From Nitrospinaceae bacterium (lineage in GTDB: Bacteria; UBA8248), in contig JABJAL010000072.1 of the NCBI GenBank assembly GCA_018669005.1, positions 231,877 to 295,876 of the forward strand: DNA of 64,000 nt, written 5' to 3'. Below are positions 19,864 to 29,303 of this stretch, piece after piece. The position numbers and the translations under genes are program-made. Each line of letters opens with the position of its first letter. Position 1 is the stretch's first letter. Under the pieces are notes generated by a model, which made no database searches, was not told where the DNA came from, and worked only from the letters and a program-made list of their open reading frames with translations.

Positions 19864-20201
19864 TTCGAGTATATCTCCAATGAAAACGGCTGCTATCAAA
19901 AGTCGGGGGAATTATAGCCTTTTCTCCCGGAACACTATAATCTTGACCTACAGCTAAAGAAATTATTTCGCAACCACCCGAAGGAGAGAGTGTCACTATG
20001 GGCGGGTTTGAGGGGCGCACAGCCACCGGCGCCAGCGGGTTGAATCTCCCTGAGGGCTTGCCGGAGCGTCGATATTCATCTCCTCGGCTACTCGGTATCC
20101 TGAGTTCACCGCAGTATAATGAGTTGAGACAATAGCCTGCGGCAGCGGGCGAGGGCTCGCGTCGCTCATTTTCCTGTAATTCATTTTCATGGAGAACGGT
20201 C

Positions 20202-20807
20202 ATGGCAAACTCCCCACCTGGGTTCTCAGGTATCAATCATGTCGCCATCAAGGTTCACAACATCCGGGCTGCGGTGAATTTCTACGTCGAAAAACTGGGT
20301 TTTAAGATTACCCGTGTCGTGGAGCCGGGGATGATGTCAGGTGCGACGAAAATCTTCGGCGGCTGCTTTATCCGCTGCAAGAACCTTCATCACGACGTTT
20401 TGTTAATGTTCACCCCGGAGGATAGCCCCAGCCAGACGGCCCCGAGCGCACTGGTTTCGAACAGGGGGATGCACCATTTTTCTTTGCGCGTGGGCTCAAA
20501 GGCCGAGCTCGATACTTGGGCGGATTATTGTCGGGCCGAGGACATCGAGATGTTCTGGGAGCCAGCAGTTCACAGTGTCACCCATCCCGAGGGGGACGGA
20601 TTTTTCGGCGAGCACCGGGGGTTTTTCATTTCCGACCCCTCGGGAAACCATATCCAGATTCTGTGCGACATGGCGGAAATCGACCCCGAGACGAATCGCG
20701 TCGATGAAGGCTGGTTCCGCGATAGGCTTGAGCGCGACGGGATTGATCGGAATGCTTCCGATCCGCCCCCGGCCTGGGAGCCCGATTCTGCCTTTATGGA
20801 TAAATAG
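20202..20807 (+). CDS. VOC/glyoxalase family protein
   Basis: INHVAIKV...FY...LGF N-terminal VOC module and a second module. Confidence 0.5.
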   Translation: MANSPPGFSGINHVAIKVHNIRAAVNFYVEKLGFKITRVVEPGMMSGATKIFGGCFIRCKNLHHDVLLMFTPEDSPSQTAPSALVSNRGMHHFSLRVGSKAELDTWADYCRAEDIEMFWEPAVHSVTHPEGDGFFGEHRGFFISDPSGNHIQILCDMAEIDPETNRVDEGWFRDRLERDGIDRNASDPPPAWEPDSAFMDK

Positions 20808-20961
20808 CCGTAGTGGCCCCCGGTAGGGGTGGGCCCTTCTTAGGCATGGGCGGACGTACCTTTTTTTGAACATTCATCCGATCAGCCCCGCTTTGGCGGT
20901 TGAAGAATTTGCTATTCACACCATTAACCTGTGGGGCAAAGAAAAAGAGGAGAAATTGATC

Positions 20962-21351
20962 ATGGCCTGTTTTGTTGACCATATTCACCTGCTCTCAGAG
21001 GATCTCGAGGCCGCTGCGAGTTTTTACCAAACGCACTTTGGCGCGACGCTCCACACGCCGTTGGGGCCTCACGGCGATGTGCCCGGTATAAGTGTGGAAC
21101 TGAACGGCGTGGAAATCCGTATCCGAGGCCATCGACCGACCGATCCCAAGGGGCCGGGGAGCAACTTGCATCACATTGGCATTCGGGTCGATGACCTGGA
21201 TGCTTTCTCCGAAGGCCTGGAGCGAGCTGGTGTGGAATTCACTAAAAAGCCCGGCCCGGGCGCCGTGGGGATTAGGACGGCATTCATCAAAGCGCCGGGC
21301 GGCGTTCTGATTGAACTGGCGGATGAGGCGGTCGGAGAATCCGATAAATAA
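20962..21351 (+). CDS. VOC/glyoxalase family protein (paralog)
   Basis: VDHIHLLSEDLEAAASFY...HHIGIRVDDLD, a VOC fold. GAGGAG RBS before ATG at 20962. Confidence 0.5.
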   Translation: MACFVDHIHLLSEDLEAAASFYQTHFGATLHTPLGPHGDVPGISVELNGVEIRIRGHRPTDPKGPGSNLHHIGIRVDDLDAFSEGLERAGVEFTKKPGPGAVGIRTAFIKAPGGVLIELADEAVGESDK

Positions 21352-21424
21352 GATATCGGCGAAAATGGTTGGCCCTAGTGACGCGAGCGGGGTTTCGTGC
21401 CAAGTTCCCATAAAGGGGATTATT

Positions 21425-22651
21425 ATGTCCGAAATAGGCTCGCGACGCTCTATCGCCATTTTTGTTGTCTACCTGACAGGGTTTGGTCAGGGTGCGTGTT
21501 TCGTCACATTCCCCGCGCTGGGAAATGTCTTCAAAAACCAAGCGTTTCATAATTTTTCCAACGCCGATTTTGGCTCCCTGTTTGCGCCGATGATCGCCCT
21601 GGCAATCCTGACCTCGATCTTCGCCGGGCCGGCAGCGAGGCGCTGGGGCCTCAAGGTGGTTTTATTGGCCGGGCTCATTTCCTATGTGCTCTCGATGGGG
21701 GCTCTGGCCTCAACACAATTAATTCTGAGGGAGAATGTTCTCACCTACCGGATAACGCTCCTGGCCATTTCCGGCGTCGGGGTTGGAGTCGGAACCACCC
21801 TGACGGCGCTGAATGCATATGCGGCGGGCCTATTCAGTGAAAAATCCGAGGCCGCCCTCTCTGGCCTCTACGGAATTATGGGCGTGGGAATGGCCCTTAC
21901 GCCCTTGATGGTTGGCGTATTTATCGAGTCGGAAACTTGGTGGGCCGCGCCCATTGTACTCAGCGTGTTTTTCCTCTTTCTCTCGGTGGCGGTCCTCGTC
22001 CTTCCGTTGTGGGTGGCTCCGCCTCCGCCAGACACCGAGGAGGGCGGCGTGTGGTCGTTGCTTCGGGGCCTGCCGCCACGGGTCTGGGGATACGCGGGTT
22101 TTATTTTTCTTTACGGAATCTGCGAGACGCTTTTCGGTAATTGGGCGGTGATTTTTCTTCACGAGGAAAAAGGGCTCTCCCCGCAATTGGCCGGTCTTGC
22201 CCTCTCCGTTTTCTGGGCCATGATGACGGCGGGCCGTTTTCTAGCTGCGGCCATTTCCTACTGGTTTCCGGTTCGCTGGCTTCTTGTTGGTATGCCCGCA
22301 CTTATTCTGGTGACGCTTTTCGCGCTCCCGGGTGTTGAGGGGCATATTGCGAGCATTGCGGTGTTCGGCCTAGGAGGGCTTGCCTGCTCGGCCTGCCTGC
22401 CCTTTGCGGTCAGCTTCGCTGAGGGGGAGTGTCCGGGAACATCGGGGCTCGTCTCGGGATGTATGGTCTCCTCCGTTATGCTTGGCATCGGCGCTGGCTC
22501 CTGGGGCGTGGGGTGGATACAGGAGGCAGGCGGCATTTCCTTTTCGGCGATCTACACGGGCTCAGGGGTTTTTGCGGCGGGAATGGTTGTTCTCGCCTAT
22601 GTGCTTGCGCGGGCGCCCCAAGCCCTCGTGTCTGAATCCGCTGGGGCCTAA
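21425..22651 (+). CDS. MFS transporter
   Basis: 12 predicted TM segments; AGGGGA RBS before ATG at 21425. Confidence 0.6.
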   Translation: MSEIGSRRSIAIFVVYLTGFGQGACFVTFPALGNVFKNQAFHNFSNADFGSLFAPMIALAILTSIFAGPAARRWGLKVVLLAGLISYVLSMGALASTQLILRENVLTYRITLLAISGVGVGVGTTLTALNAYAAGLFSEKSEAALSGLYGIMGVGMALTPLMVGVFIESETWWAAPIVLSVFFLFLSVAVLVLPLWVAPPPPDTEEGGVWSLLRGLPPRVWGYAGFIFLYGICETLFGNWAVIFLHEEKGLSPQLAGLALSVFWAMMTAGRFLAAAISYWFPVRWLLVGMPALILVTLFALPGVEGHIASIAVFGLGGLACSACLPFAVSFAEGECPGTSGLVSGCMVSSVMLGIGAGSWGVGWIQEAGGISFSAIYTGSGVFAAGMVVLAYVLARAPQALVSESAGA

Positions 22652-22827
22652 TCGCCTTTTTTACCCATGTGCTTGGTTCGTGCCTCCGGTCTTCATCGTG
22701 GAAATTATCTATTTCAAAGGATAATTGGACCTCCTCGTGTGCAGGTTTGAATTACCGCACGCTTTTTCCTTACAATATAAACATAGAAATTCGAAGAAAA
22801 AATTCGGGTGGCTCAGGAGGGGGCCGA

Positions 22828-23133
22828 ATGGAAAAGCGATTTGTTTATATTTCTGGAGCCATCACGCTTCTTGGCGTTTTACTGCTATCGGCGCTTTGGG
22901 AGTTTTATCTTGAGGATATTTTCCTCCCCATGCTCGGGGGGCATCATGAGCCTGAGCCCCTCTGGGAGCGCTGGGAGTACATTGCCTCTGCCGTGTTTTT
23001 TGCCGGGATAGCGATAGGAATATCTACCCTGATTTCGCTCCGGTTCATTAAGATTGCCGAGCGCCATAAACAGGAGCTTGAGGAGGCGCAAGAGCGATTC
23101 AAGAACAGCATACTCACCACCCCCTGGGAATAG
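22828..23133 (+). CDS. Hypothetical membrane protein (101 aa)
   Basis: GGAGGGGG RBS, two TM helices and a C-terminal coiled-coil. Confidence 0.35.
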   Translation: MEKRFVYISGAITLLGVLLLSALWEFYLEDIFLPMLGGHHEPEPLWERWEYIASAVFFAGIAIGISTLISLRFIKIAERHKQELEEAQERFKNSILTTPWE

Positions 23134-23236
23134 CGCGGCCCCGCGGTTCGTGATTTTCCTCGGCGATCCCTGTATCCTTCTCTAATCCTTTTATTCGGTT
23201 CCGTCTCGTTCACCTGCCATCAGAGGAGCGTTCTCC

Positions 23237-23320
23237 ATGGCGGACAAAAAAATAACGACCTGGCAATCTCTGTCTCGCGCATCTGTGTGCCGCTACCCAA
23301 ACAGGTGGCGAGCGCGATTT
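23237..23320 (+). pseudogene. Degenerate 5' remnant of an enolase-superfamily gene (paralogous to the start of the CDS at 24283)
   Basis: The 80 nt starting at ATG 23237 align at ~65% identity, without gaps, to the first 80 nt of the gene at 24283. This includes an identical 15-mer GTGTGCCGCTACCCA, and MADKKIT aligns with MANEKLT. The reading frame then degenerates. Confidence 0.35.
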
Positions 23321-23384
23321 TTTTGCTGTCGATGTTGGCAGATGGCGCATCAAGGCCATTTCCAGCTTGGAGGATAATTAGGCG

Positions 23385-24143
23385 ATGGATTTAGAGGGAA
23401 AGGTAGCTCTGGTGACGGGCTCAAGTCGGCGAATTGGCACCGCCATGGCTGTGGCGCTGGGCGAGCGGGGCGCCGCCGTCGTGGTTAATTATTTTTCGGG
23501 AAAAGAGCGGGCCGAGGAGGTCGTGGCGCAGGTGGAGGCTGCGGGAGGCCGGGCCTTTGCCCATGGGGCCGATGTCCGGGACCGAGGCGACGTGCGAGAG
23601 ATGGTGTCGCGGGCTGTCGAGACTTTCGGGGGGCTCGACATTCTCGTTAACAATGCGCGCCAGATTCACCACAGAAAGCCTTTTCTTGAGGTGGATTGGG
23701 AAGAGGAGATGTGCGCCCAAATGGAAGTGCACCTCGGCGGGGCCTTTCACTGTTGTCAGGAGGCCATTCCCCACATGTTGAAGCGGGGCGGCGGCGCTAT
23801 CGTCAACATGCTGAGCACCGCCTACCGGACGGCACTCACTGACCAGCACGCCTACGGGCCGGCCAAGGCGGCGCTGCGCAACTTCACCATGAATTTGGCG
23901 GCCGAGCAGGGCCCGCTCGGCATTCGGGTGAACTCCGTCTCTCCGGGTCACACGGTTTCAAAAGAATATCCAAGTCGGCGCTCGGGGGCCATTCTCGATC
24001 AAATCCGCGAGCGCGCTGCCCTGCGCCGCGTCGCCTCCCCCGAGGAGGTGGCCGAGGCGGTGGTATTTCTTTGCTCGGATGCGGCTCGTCATATCACCGG
24101 GGTAGACTTGCCCGTGAACGGGGGAACGGCCATTGCCCTGTAA
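23385..24143 (+). CDS. SDR family oxidoreductase
   Basis: TGSSRRIG Rossmann motif, NNAR/NNAG-like block, catalytic YxxxK (YGPAKAA). Confidence 0.7.
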   Translation: MDLEGKVALVTGSSRRIGTAMAVALGERGAAVVVNYFSGKERAEEVVAQVEAAGGRAFAHGADVRDRGDVREMVSRAVETFGGLDILVNNARQIHHRKPFLEVDWEEEMCAQMEVHLGGAFHCCQEAIPHMLKRGGGAIVNMLSTAYRTALTDQHAYGPAKAALRNFTMNLAAEQGPLGIRVNSVSPGHTVSKEYPSRRSGAILDQIRERAALRRVASPEEVAEAVVFLCSDAARHITGVDLPVNGGTAIAL

Positions 24144-24282
24144 AAATAATGTTTGGAATCTTGAGCTCAATGGGTTGGGCTAAGTGATAATGAGAAACGC
24201 TATTAGACGAATATTTTTTTAAAATTTAGAATTTATTTTTCGGATTCGGTTTGTTTCCTTTTCCTATGAGGAGCGCTCTCCG

Positions 24283-25392
24283 ATGGCGAACGAAAAGCTC
24301 ACCATTCAGACCATCACCGTCTCGCACATTCGTGTGCCGCTACCCAGGCCAGCGGCGGTCTCGACTTTTAAAATACCTGCCGTTGATACCTGCGCGGTAA
24401 CGTTGAGGACCCGCGAGGGCTTGAGCGGGGTGGGTTGGTGCGCCGCCTTTGGCGCGGAAAAATGCCGTGCCCTGATGGCGATGGTGCGCGATCTGTTCGG
24501 GACGCTCATCAACAAGGACGCAAATGACACAGAGGGAAACTGGGCGGCCATGCGGCAGGCGGCCAGTTTTGTTGGCCGCGACGGCATCAGCGCGATGGCG
24601 ATTGCCGCCCTCGACACAGCGAGCTGGGACATCAAGGCCAAGGCCGCCGGGCTCCCGCTCTGGAAGCTGATTGGCGGCGCGCGCTCCAAGATACCCTGCT
24701 ACGCCAGCGAGGGATTGTGGATCAACGCCGATATTGAATCTCTGAAGGAGGAGGCCGCCTCTTTTATCGAGCGGGGCCACACCGCCATGAAGCTTCGGGT
24801 TGGAAAACCCGATCTTGCCGAGGACATTGCCCGCGTTGCTGCCGTGCGCGAGGTGATAGGAGACGCCACCCTCATGGTGGACGCCAATCAGGGCTGGAGT
24901 GTCGAGCAGGCCAAGGAGGCCTGCCGCGAGCTTGCCGCGTTTGATCTCGAATGGGTTGAGGAGCCGGTTGATCACGAAGACGTTCGCGGCTGCGCCCTGG
25001 TTGCTGCCGAGACCGACATTCCCATCTGCCAGGGGGAGACGAGCTGGAACGAGCGGGGAATGCGCCACCTGCTCGTCACCGGGGCCTGCGACGTTCTGAT
25101 GGCCGACCTCCAGCGCTGCTCGGGCCCCACCGGATGGCTAAAAGCCGCCGGGGCCGCCGGGGAGCACGGCACGCCGATCACCTCACATCTATTTCACGAA
25201 ACCTCGGCGCATTTGATGAGCGCTGTTTCAGGCTCTGTTTGGTGCGAGCACATGCCCTGGTGGGAGCCGATTCTAAAAGAGCCCGCCCCTTTTAAAGATG
25301 GCTGCATCCATCTCACCGACAAACCCGGCATCGGCGCCGAATGGGACGAGGAGGCATGCCGGAAATTTGCGCCCACCCCGGGCGGGGATTAA
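24283..25392 (+). CDS. Mandelate racemase/muconate lactonizing enzyme family (enolase superfamily) protein
   Basis: KxK/MKLRVG, DANQGW, EEP and metal-ligand D/E/D pattern typical of MR/MLE acid-sugar dehydratases. Confidence 0.7.
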   Translation: MANEKLTIQTITVSHIRVPLPRPAAVSTFKIPAVDTCAVTLRTREGLSGVGWCAAFGAEKCRALMAMVRDLFGTLINKDANDTEGNWAAMRQAASFVGRDGISAMAIAALDTASWDIKAKAAGLPLWKLIGGARSKIPCYASEGLWINADIESLKEEAASFIERGHTAMKLRVGKPDLAEDIARVAAVREVIGDATLMVDANQGWSVEQAKEACRELAAFDLEWVEEPVDHEDVRGCALVAAETDIPICQGETSWNERGMRHLLVTGACDVLMADLQRCSGPTGWLKAAGAAGEHGTPITSHLFHETSAHLMSAVSGSVWCEHMPWWEPILKEPAPFKDGCIHLTDKPGIGAEWDEEACRKFAPTPGGD

Positions 25393-25799
25393 ACCCGCGC
25401 GAGGCCTTTATCCCCCACAAGTGATTTTAGCTCCTCAATCGACAGGCCCGGCTCTTTCATGTGGAGCATGGCGTGGCAGTTGGGGCACACGAGGGCAAGG
25501 TCTAAAAGACGGGTTTTTTCATCGGCCGTAAGACAGGCGGCCGGTTTTGTGTGGTGGAATTCGATGAAACCGCGCCCTAGTTCGCCATAGGCTTCCTCGA
25601 AGTTAAAGCGGCAAATCTCACAGCATAAATATCCGTTTTTCTTTTGAAACATTTTTTTCTTCTCGCTCCTCAGCTTTGGATTGTTTTCCCGAGAGCGGTG
25701 AATTCTCTCAAAAAGCTTTTTTTTCTCTGTCGATGTATTTTCAGCCTCTTCATCCAGGCTGAACTTTAGGGGGAAAAGCCCCTTCCAGGGTTTGTTCAT
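25389..25799 (-). CDS. HNH endonuclease family protein
   Basis: CEICRFNF...EFHHTKP...CPNCH zinc-binding HNH motif, with a K/E-rich N-terminal extension; locally lower GC. Confidence 0.55.
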   Translation of the reverse strand: MNKPWKGLFPLKFSLDEEAENTSTEKKKLFERIHRSRENNPKLRSEKKKMFQKKNGYLCCEICRFNFEEAYGELGRGFIEFHHTKPAACLTADEKTRLLDLALVCPNCHAMLHMKEPGLSIEELKSLVGDKGLARV

Positions 25800-25945
25800 G
25801 TCGTTTGCTCGCTACCTTTAGTCAAAAGGTTTCCGGGCGGAGCGGAACAAAATTCGGGCGGCGTCCTCAAAATTAATTTACATCAGGCTGGCCGGGGCCG
25901 CGCAATTTTGTGGGTGCATCTGGCCACGGGAATCGTGTGAACCTG

Positions 25946-26020
25946 GTCACAGGGCGGTGTGGCACCGAGCCGGTGTGGCGTTTGATGGGAGCGGCACCCC
26001 GCATGGTGTGGCGCCGCATG
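25946..26020 (+). repeat. Direct repeats of GGTGTGGC (4 copies), including a tandem CGCATGGTGTGGC x2, upstream of the cupin gene
   Basis: Copies at 25946, 25962, 25995 and 26010; 13-nt units at 25990-26002 and 26005-26017. Confidence 0.45.
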
Positions 26021-26079
26021 GTGTGGCAACGTGTATGGACGGTTTATTTTAGGAAATTTTTTAAGAAAGGGGGATTTCA

Positions 26080-26502
26080 ATGCCTTTTTACAACGCGCGG
26101 GAGATTAAAAAAGCCAGGCTTCAAGACCCCCGGAATCCGGAAGGGAATCCGGGAGAATATCAGCCGTTGGCGGGGGAGTTGATGAAGGCCGGGGTGGTCA
26201 CTTACCCGAAAGCCACCGGGTCGAAGCCTCACTGGCACGAGAGGGAGGAGCAATACATTTACCTTTTGGAGGGCAGACGGTACATGCGGCTGGGGGATGA
26301 GGAAAAAGTGATTGGCCCCGGCGATATCATTCATATACCCAGGAGCACGCTTCACGTTGGGAGAACCCTGACCGAGACGGCGGTGATGTTTGTCGTGAAG
26401 TCACCCGCCGAGAACAAGGATCTCGGGGCGGACCATCACTACCCGGACGATATGCAGGAAATCATCGACCACATGGACGCGAAGGCGAAAGAGTTAACCT
26501 AG
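26080..26502 (+). CDS. Cupin domain protein
   Basis: Two-motif cupin pattern (HWHEREEQYIYLLEG...GPGDIIHIP). AAGGGGGA RBS. Confidence 0.6.
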   Translation: MPFYNAREIKKARLQDPRNPEGNPGEYQPLAGELMKAGVVTYPKATGSKPHWHEREEQYIYLLEGRRYMRLGDEEKVIGPGDIIHIPRSTLHVGRTLTETAVMFVVKSPAENKDLGADHHYPDDMQEIIDHMDAKAKELT

Positions 26503-26699
26503 CACCGGAAAAAATGCGCCTCTTTGGAAAGAAATTTCGGGTATTGATTCTATTAAGAAAACGAGCGGCCCGAAAGCCGCCGGGCTAACCAGAGCGAAAT
26601 CCTCCCCCAACCTCCTAAAACCAGTGGCATTTCCCGAAGGATGAGCCCACATTAAAAGTGTTAAAGGAGATTAACAGAGTTTAAACTCGCTTACATTGG

Positions 26700-27278
26700 T
26701 TGAAGATGATTGATAAACAATCAGATACGGCGGTTGACCAGTCCCGGATAAAGCTCTCGCCCAGCCTCGGGAATTACCTGAAGGCGGTCCACGACTTTCA
26801 GGCGGAAAAGGGCTATGCCCGGGTGACGGACATCGCCGGGGCCCTCCAGGTGGCCAAGCCGGCGGTATCGGCGGCCCTCAAGAATCTCGCGCAGCTCGGG
26901 CTGATTCACCACCGCGCTTACGAGGGAGTGCGTCTCACCGAGCCGGGCGCTCAAATGGCCCGGGGGATTTCCGGCAAGTTCGCTATCCTTTCCCGGTTCA
27001 TCACCGAGGTGCTCGGGGTGGACGAGGAGCGGGCCGCTGCCGACGCCGCCCTGATGGAGCACCATGCCAGCGGCGTTACGATGGACCGGCTGGTCGATCT
27101 CATCCGGTTTTTCGAGGGCGCGGATCAGAAAAAAGCGCTTGAGGCGTTCCGGGAATACCGGCGGGAATGCGAGAGCGACGAGAGTTGTCCCGAATGCGAA
27201 TTTTTCTGTGAGTTGAGTACCCAGTCTTCCATTGAATCACAAGAAAAAACAATTCCGATCAATATTCCGGCGGGCTGA
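26700..27278 (+). CDS. DtxR/MntR family metal-dependent transcriptional regulator with Cys-rich C-terminal tail
   Basis: HTH region (RVTDIAGALQVAKPAVSAALKNL) and DtxR dimerisation/metal site, with CESDESCPECEFFC at the C-terminus. It lies immediately upstream of feoB. Confidence 0.65.
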   Translation: MKMIDKQSDTAVDQSRIKLSPSLGNYLKAVHDFQAEKGYARVTDIAGALQVAKPAVSAALKNLAQLGLIHHRAYEGVRLTEPGAQMARGISGKFAILSRFITEVLGVDEERAAADAALMEHHASGVTMDRLVDLIRFFEGADQKKALEAFREYRRECESDESCPECEFFCELSTQSSIESQEKTIPINIPAG

Positions 27279-27335
27279 GGATCTACCGTCTCCGCCCGGC
27301 GATACACCGGGCGGGGGCTTCCCAAGAGGGCGCAA

Positions 27336-29303
27336 ATGAGTTGTTGCGAAGAAGCTGATCAAGCGGTACTCGATTCCGAATCGATACTCCTGATCGGAAA
27401 TCCCAACGTGGGAAAGAGCGCCCTGTTTCAGGCGCTCACGAATTCGCGGGTTACGATTTCGAACTACCCGGGTACGACCATCTCCCTCAGCAGCGGGCGC
27501 ATGAACGGGCACGGGGTTACGCTTTTTGACACGCCCGGCGTCTACGGCCTGCTGCCGATTACCGAGGATGAGTTCATCACACGGGACGCCCTGGCCGCCT
27601 CGGAAGACGCGCGTCTTGTCCTCGTGCTCGACGCGAAGAATTTGCTGCGCGGCCTGACCATCGCCCTTGAGGTGGCCGAGACTGGCCGCTCGTTCGCCAT
27701 CGCGCTGAACATGGAGGACGAGGCCCGGAGGATGGGGCTTCAAATCGATCACGAAGCGCTATCCGGCATGCTGGGCGTTCCGGTGGTGCCGACGGTCGCC
27801 GTCCGCGGGGAGGGGGTGGAAGACCTCATCCGGGCGATTGACGGAGCGGGGCGCCCGGGCGGAATCGCGAACTATCCCGAGCCTCTGGCCGCCGCTCTCG
27901 AGGCCGTCGAAGGGCGGCTGCCCGAAAGTCTCAGGGAAAAAAGATATCTGGCCATCTGCCTTCTGTGCGGCGACGAGGGCGCGCCGGAGATTTTCCGGGT
28001 GACGCTTTCCGAGGCCGATCGGGCCGATATCGCGGACCTCCGCGAGCGCGTGTCGAATCAACTGGGCATGCCCCTGCGGGCCGCGTTCATGCGCCACCGC
28101 CTCTCCAGGGCCGAGGGCCTGCTTCGGGAGGTGATGACTCGGGGCACCGGGGCGGGCGGGGCCGTTTGGGCGGAGCGCCTTGGCGAGTGGGCCACCCACC
28201 CGCTGTGGGGGGGCTTCATTTTTTTCGGCGTTCTTTATGTCCTTTATAAATTCGTCGGCGAATTCGGTGCCGGTTTTTTGGTGGACCTGGTGGAAGTCCG
28301 CCTTTTCGAGGAGATGCTGAACCCCGCCCTTGCCCGCTGGGTGGATTTTCTGATTCCCTCTCCCTTCTTGCGCGATATGCTGGTGGGGCAATACGGTCTG
28401 TTCACCATGGGCGTGACCTATGCCCTGGCCATCATCCTGCCCCTGGTGGGTACGTTCTTCGTGGCGTTCTCGATTCTGGAGGACTCGGGCTACCTTCCGC
28501 GCCTCTCGCTCCTCGCCAACCGGTTTTTCCGGGCGATGGGGATGAACGGCAAGGCGGTTCTTCCGATGGTGCTCGGGCTGGGTTGCGACACCATGGCCAC
28601 GCTGACGGCGCGCATCATGGAGACAAAAAAGGAGCGCATTCTGGTGACGCTGCTTCTCGCGCTCGGGGTTCCGTGCTCGGCCCAGCTTGGGGTGATTCTG
28701 GGAATGCTGGGCGCAAGCTCGGCCGCCTTTGTCTTGATCTGGGTCGGTGTTATCGCGGGGGTGCTTTTTCTGGTCGGCTTCGTGGCGGCGCGGCTCCTTC
28801 CCGGCGAGACTTCTGACTTTTTGGTGGAGTTGCCTCCGATTCGGCTGCCTCGCGCCTCGAACGTGGCGATCAAAACGCTGGCGCGGATTGAGTGGTACCT
28901 GAAGGAGGCGGTTCCTCTTTTTCTTCTCGGCACCTTCTGCCTGTTTCTTCTGGACAGGTCGGGGCTCCTGGCAGGCGTGCAGGTTCTCGCCGCGCCGGTG
29001 GTGGAAAATTTCCTGGGGCTCCCCCGGGAGGCGACCGAGTCGTTTCTGATCGGATTCTTCCGGCGCGACTACGGGGCGGCGGGGCTATTCGCCCTGGCCA
29101 AGGCTGGCGCCCTCAACCCCGTGCAGGTATTGGTAAGTCTGGTGACGATCACGCTTTTCATCCCCTGCGTGGCGAATTTTCTCATCATCGTCAAGGAGCG
29201 GGGTCTTCGGATGGCGCTGGGGATGGCGGCGTTTATTTTTCCATTCGCCTTTTTGGTCGGGGGGGCGCTGCGATGGTCACTTTACCTCTTCGGGGTGGAA
29301 TGA
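27336..29303 (+). CDS. feoB: Ferrous iron transporter FeoB
   Basis: G-protein domain (GNPNVGKS, DTPG, G4/G5 motifs) followed by the polytopic membrane domain. Confidence 0.85.
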   Translation: MSCCEEADQAVLDSESILLIGNPNVGKSALFQALTNSRVTISNYPGTTISLSSGRMNGHGVTLFDTPGVYGLLPITEDEFITRDALAASEDARLVLVLDAKNLLRGLTIALEVAETGRSFAIALNMEDEARRMGLQIDHEALSGMLGVPVVPTVAVRGEGVEDLIRAIDGAGRPGGIANYPEPLAAALEAVEGRLPESLREKRYLAICLLCGDEGAPEIFRVTLSEADRADIADLRERVSNQLGMPLRAAFMRHRLSRAEGLLREVMTRGTGAGGAVWAERLGEWATHPLWGGFIFFGVLYVLYKFVGEFGAGFLVDLVEVRLFEEMLNPALARWVDFLIPSPFLRDMLVGQYGLFTMGVTYALAIILPLVGTFFVAFSILEDSGYLPRLSLLANRFFRAMGMNGKAVLPMVLGLGCDTMATLTARIMETKKERILVTLLLALGVPCSAQLGVILGMLGASSAAFVLIWVGVIAGVLFLVGFVAARLLPGETSDFLVELPPIRLPRASNVAIKTLARIEWYLKEAVPLFLLGTFCLFLLDRSGLLAGVQVLAAPVVENFLGLPREATESFLIGFFRRDYGAAGLFALAKAGALNPVQVLVSLVTITLFIPCVANFLIIVKERGLRMALGMAAFIFPFAFLVGGALRWSLYLFGVE

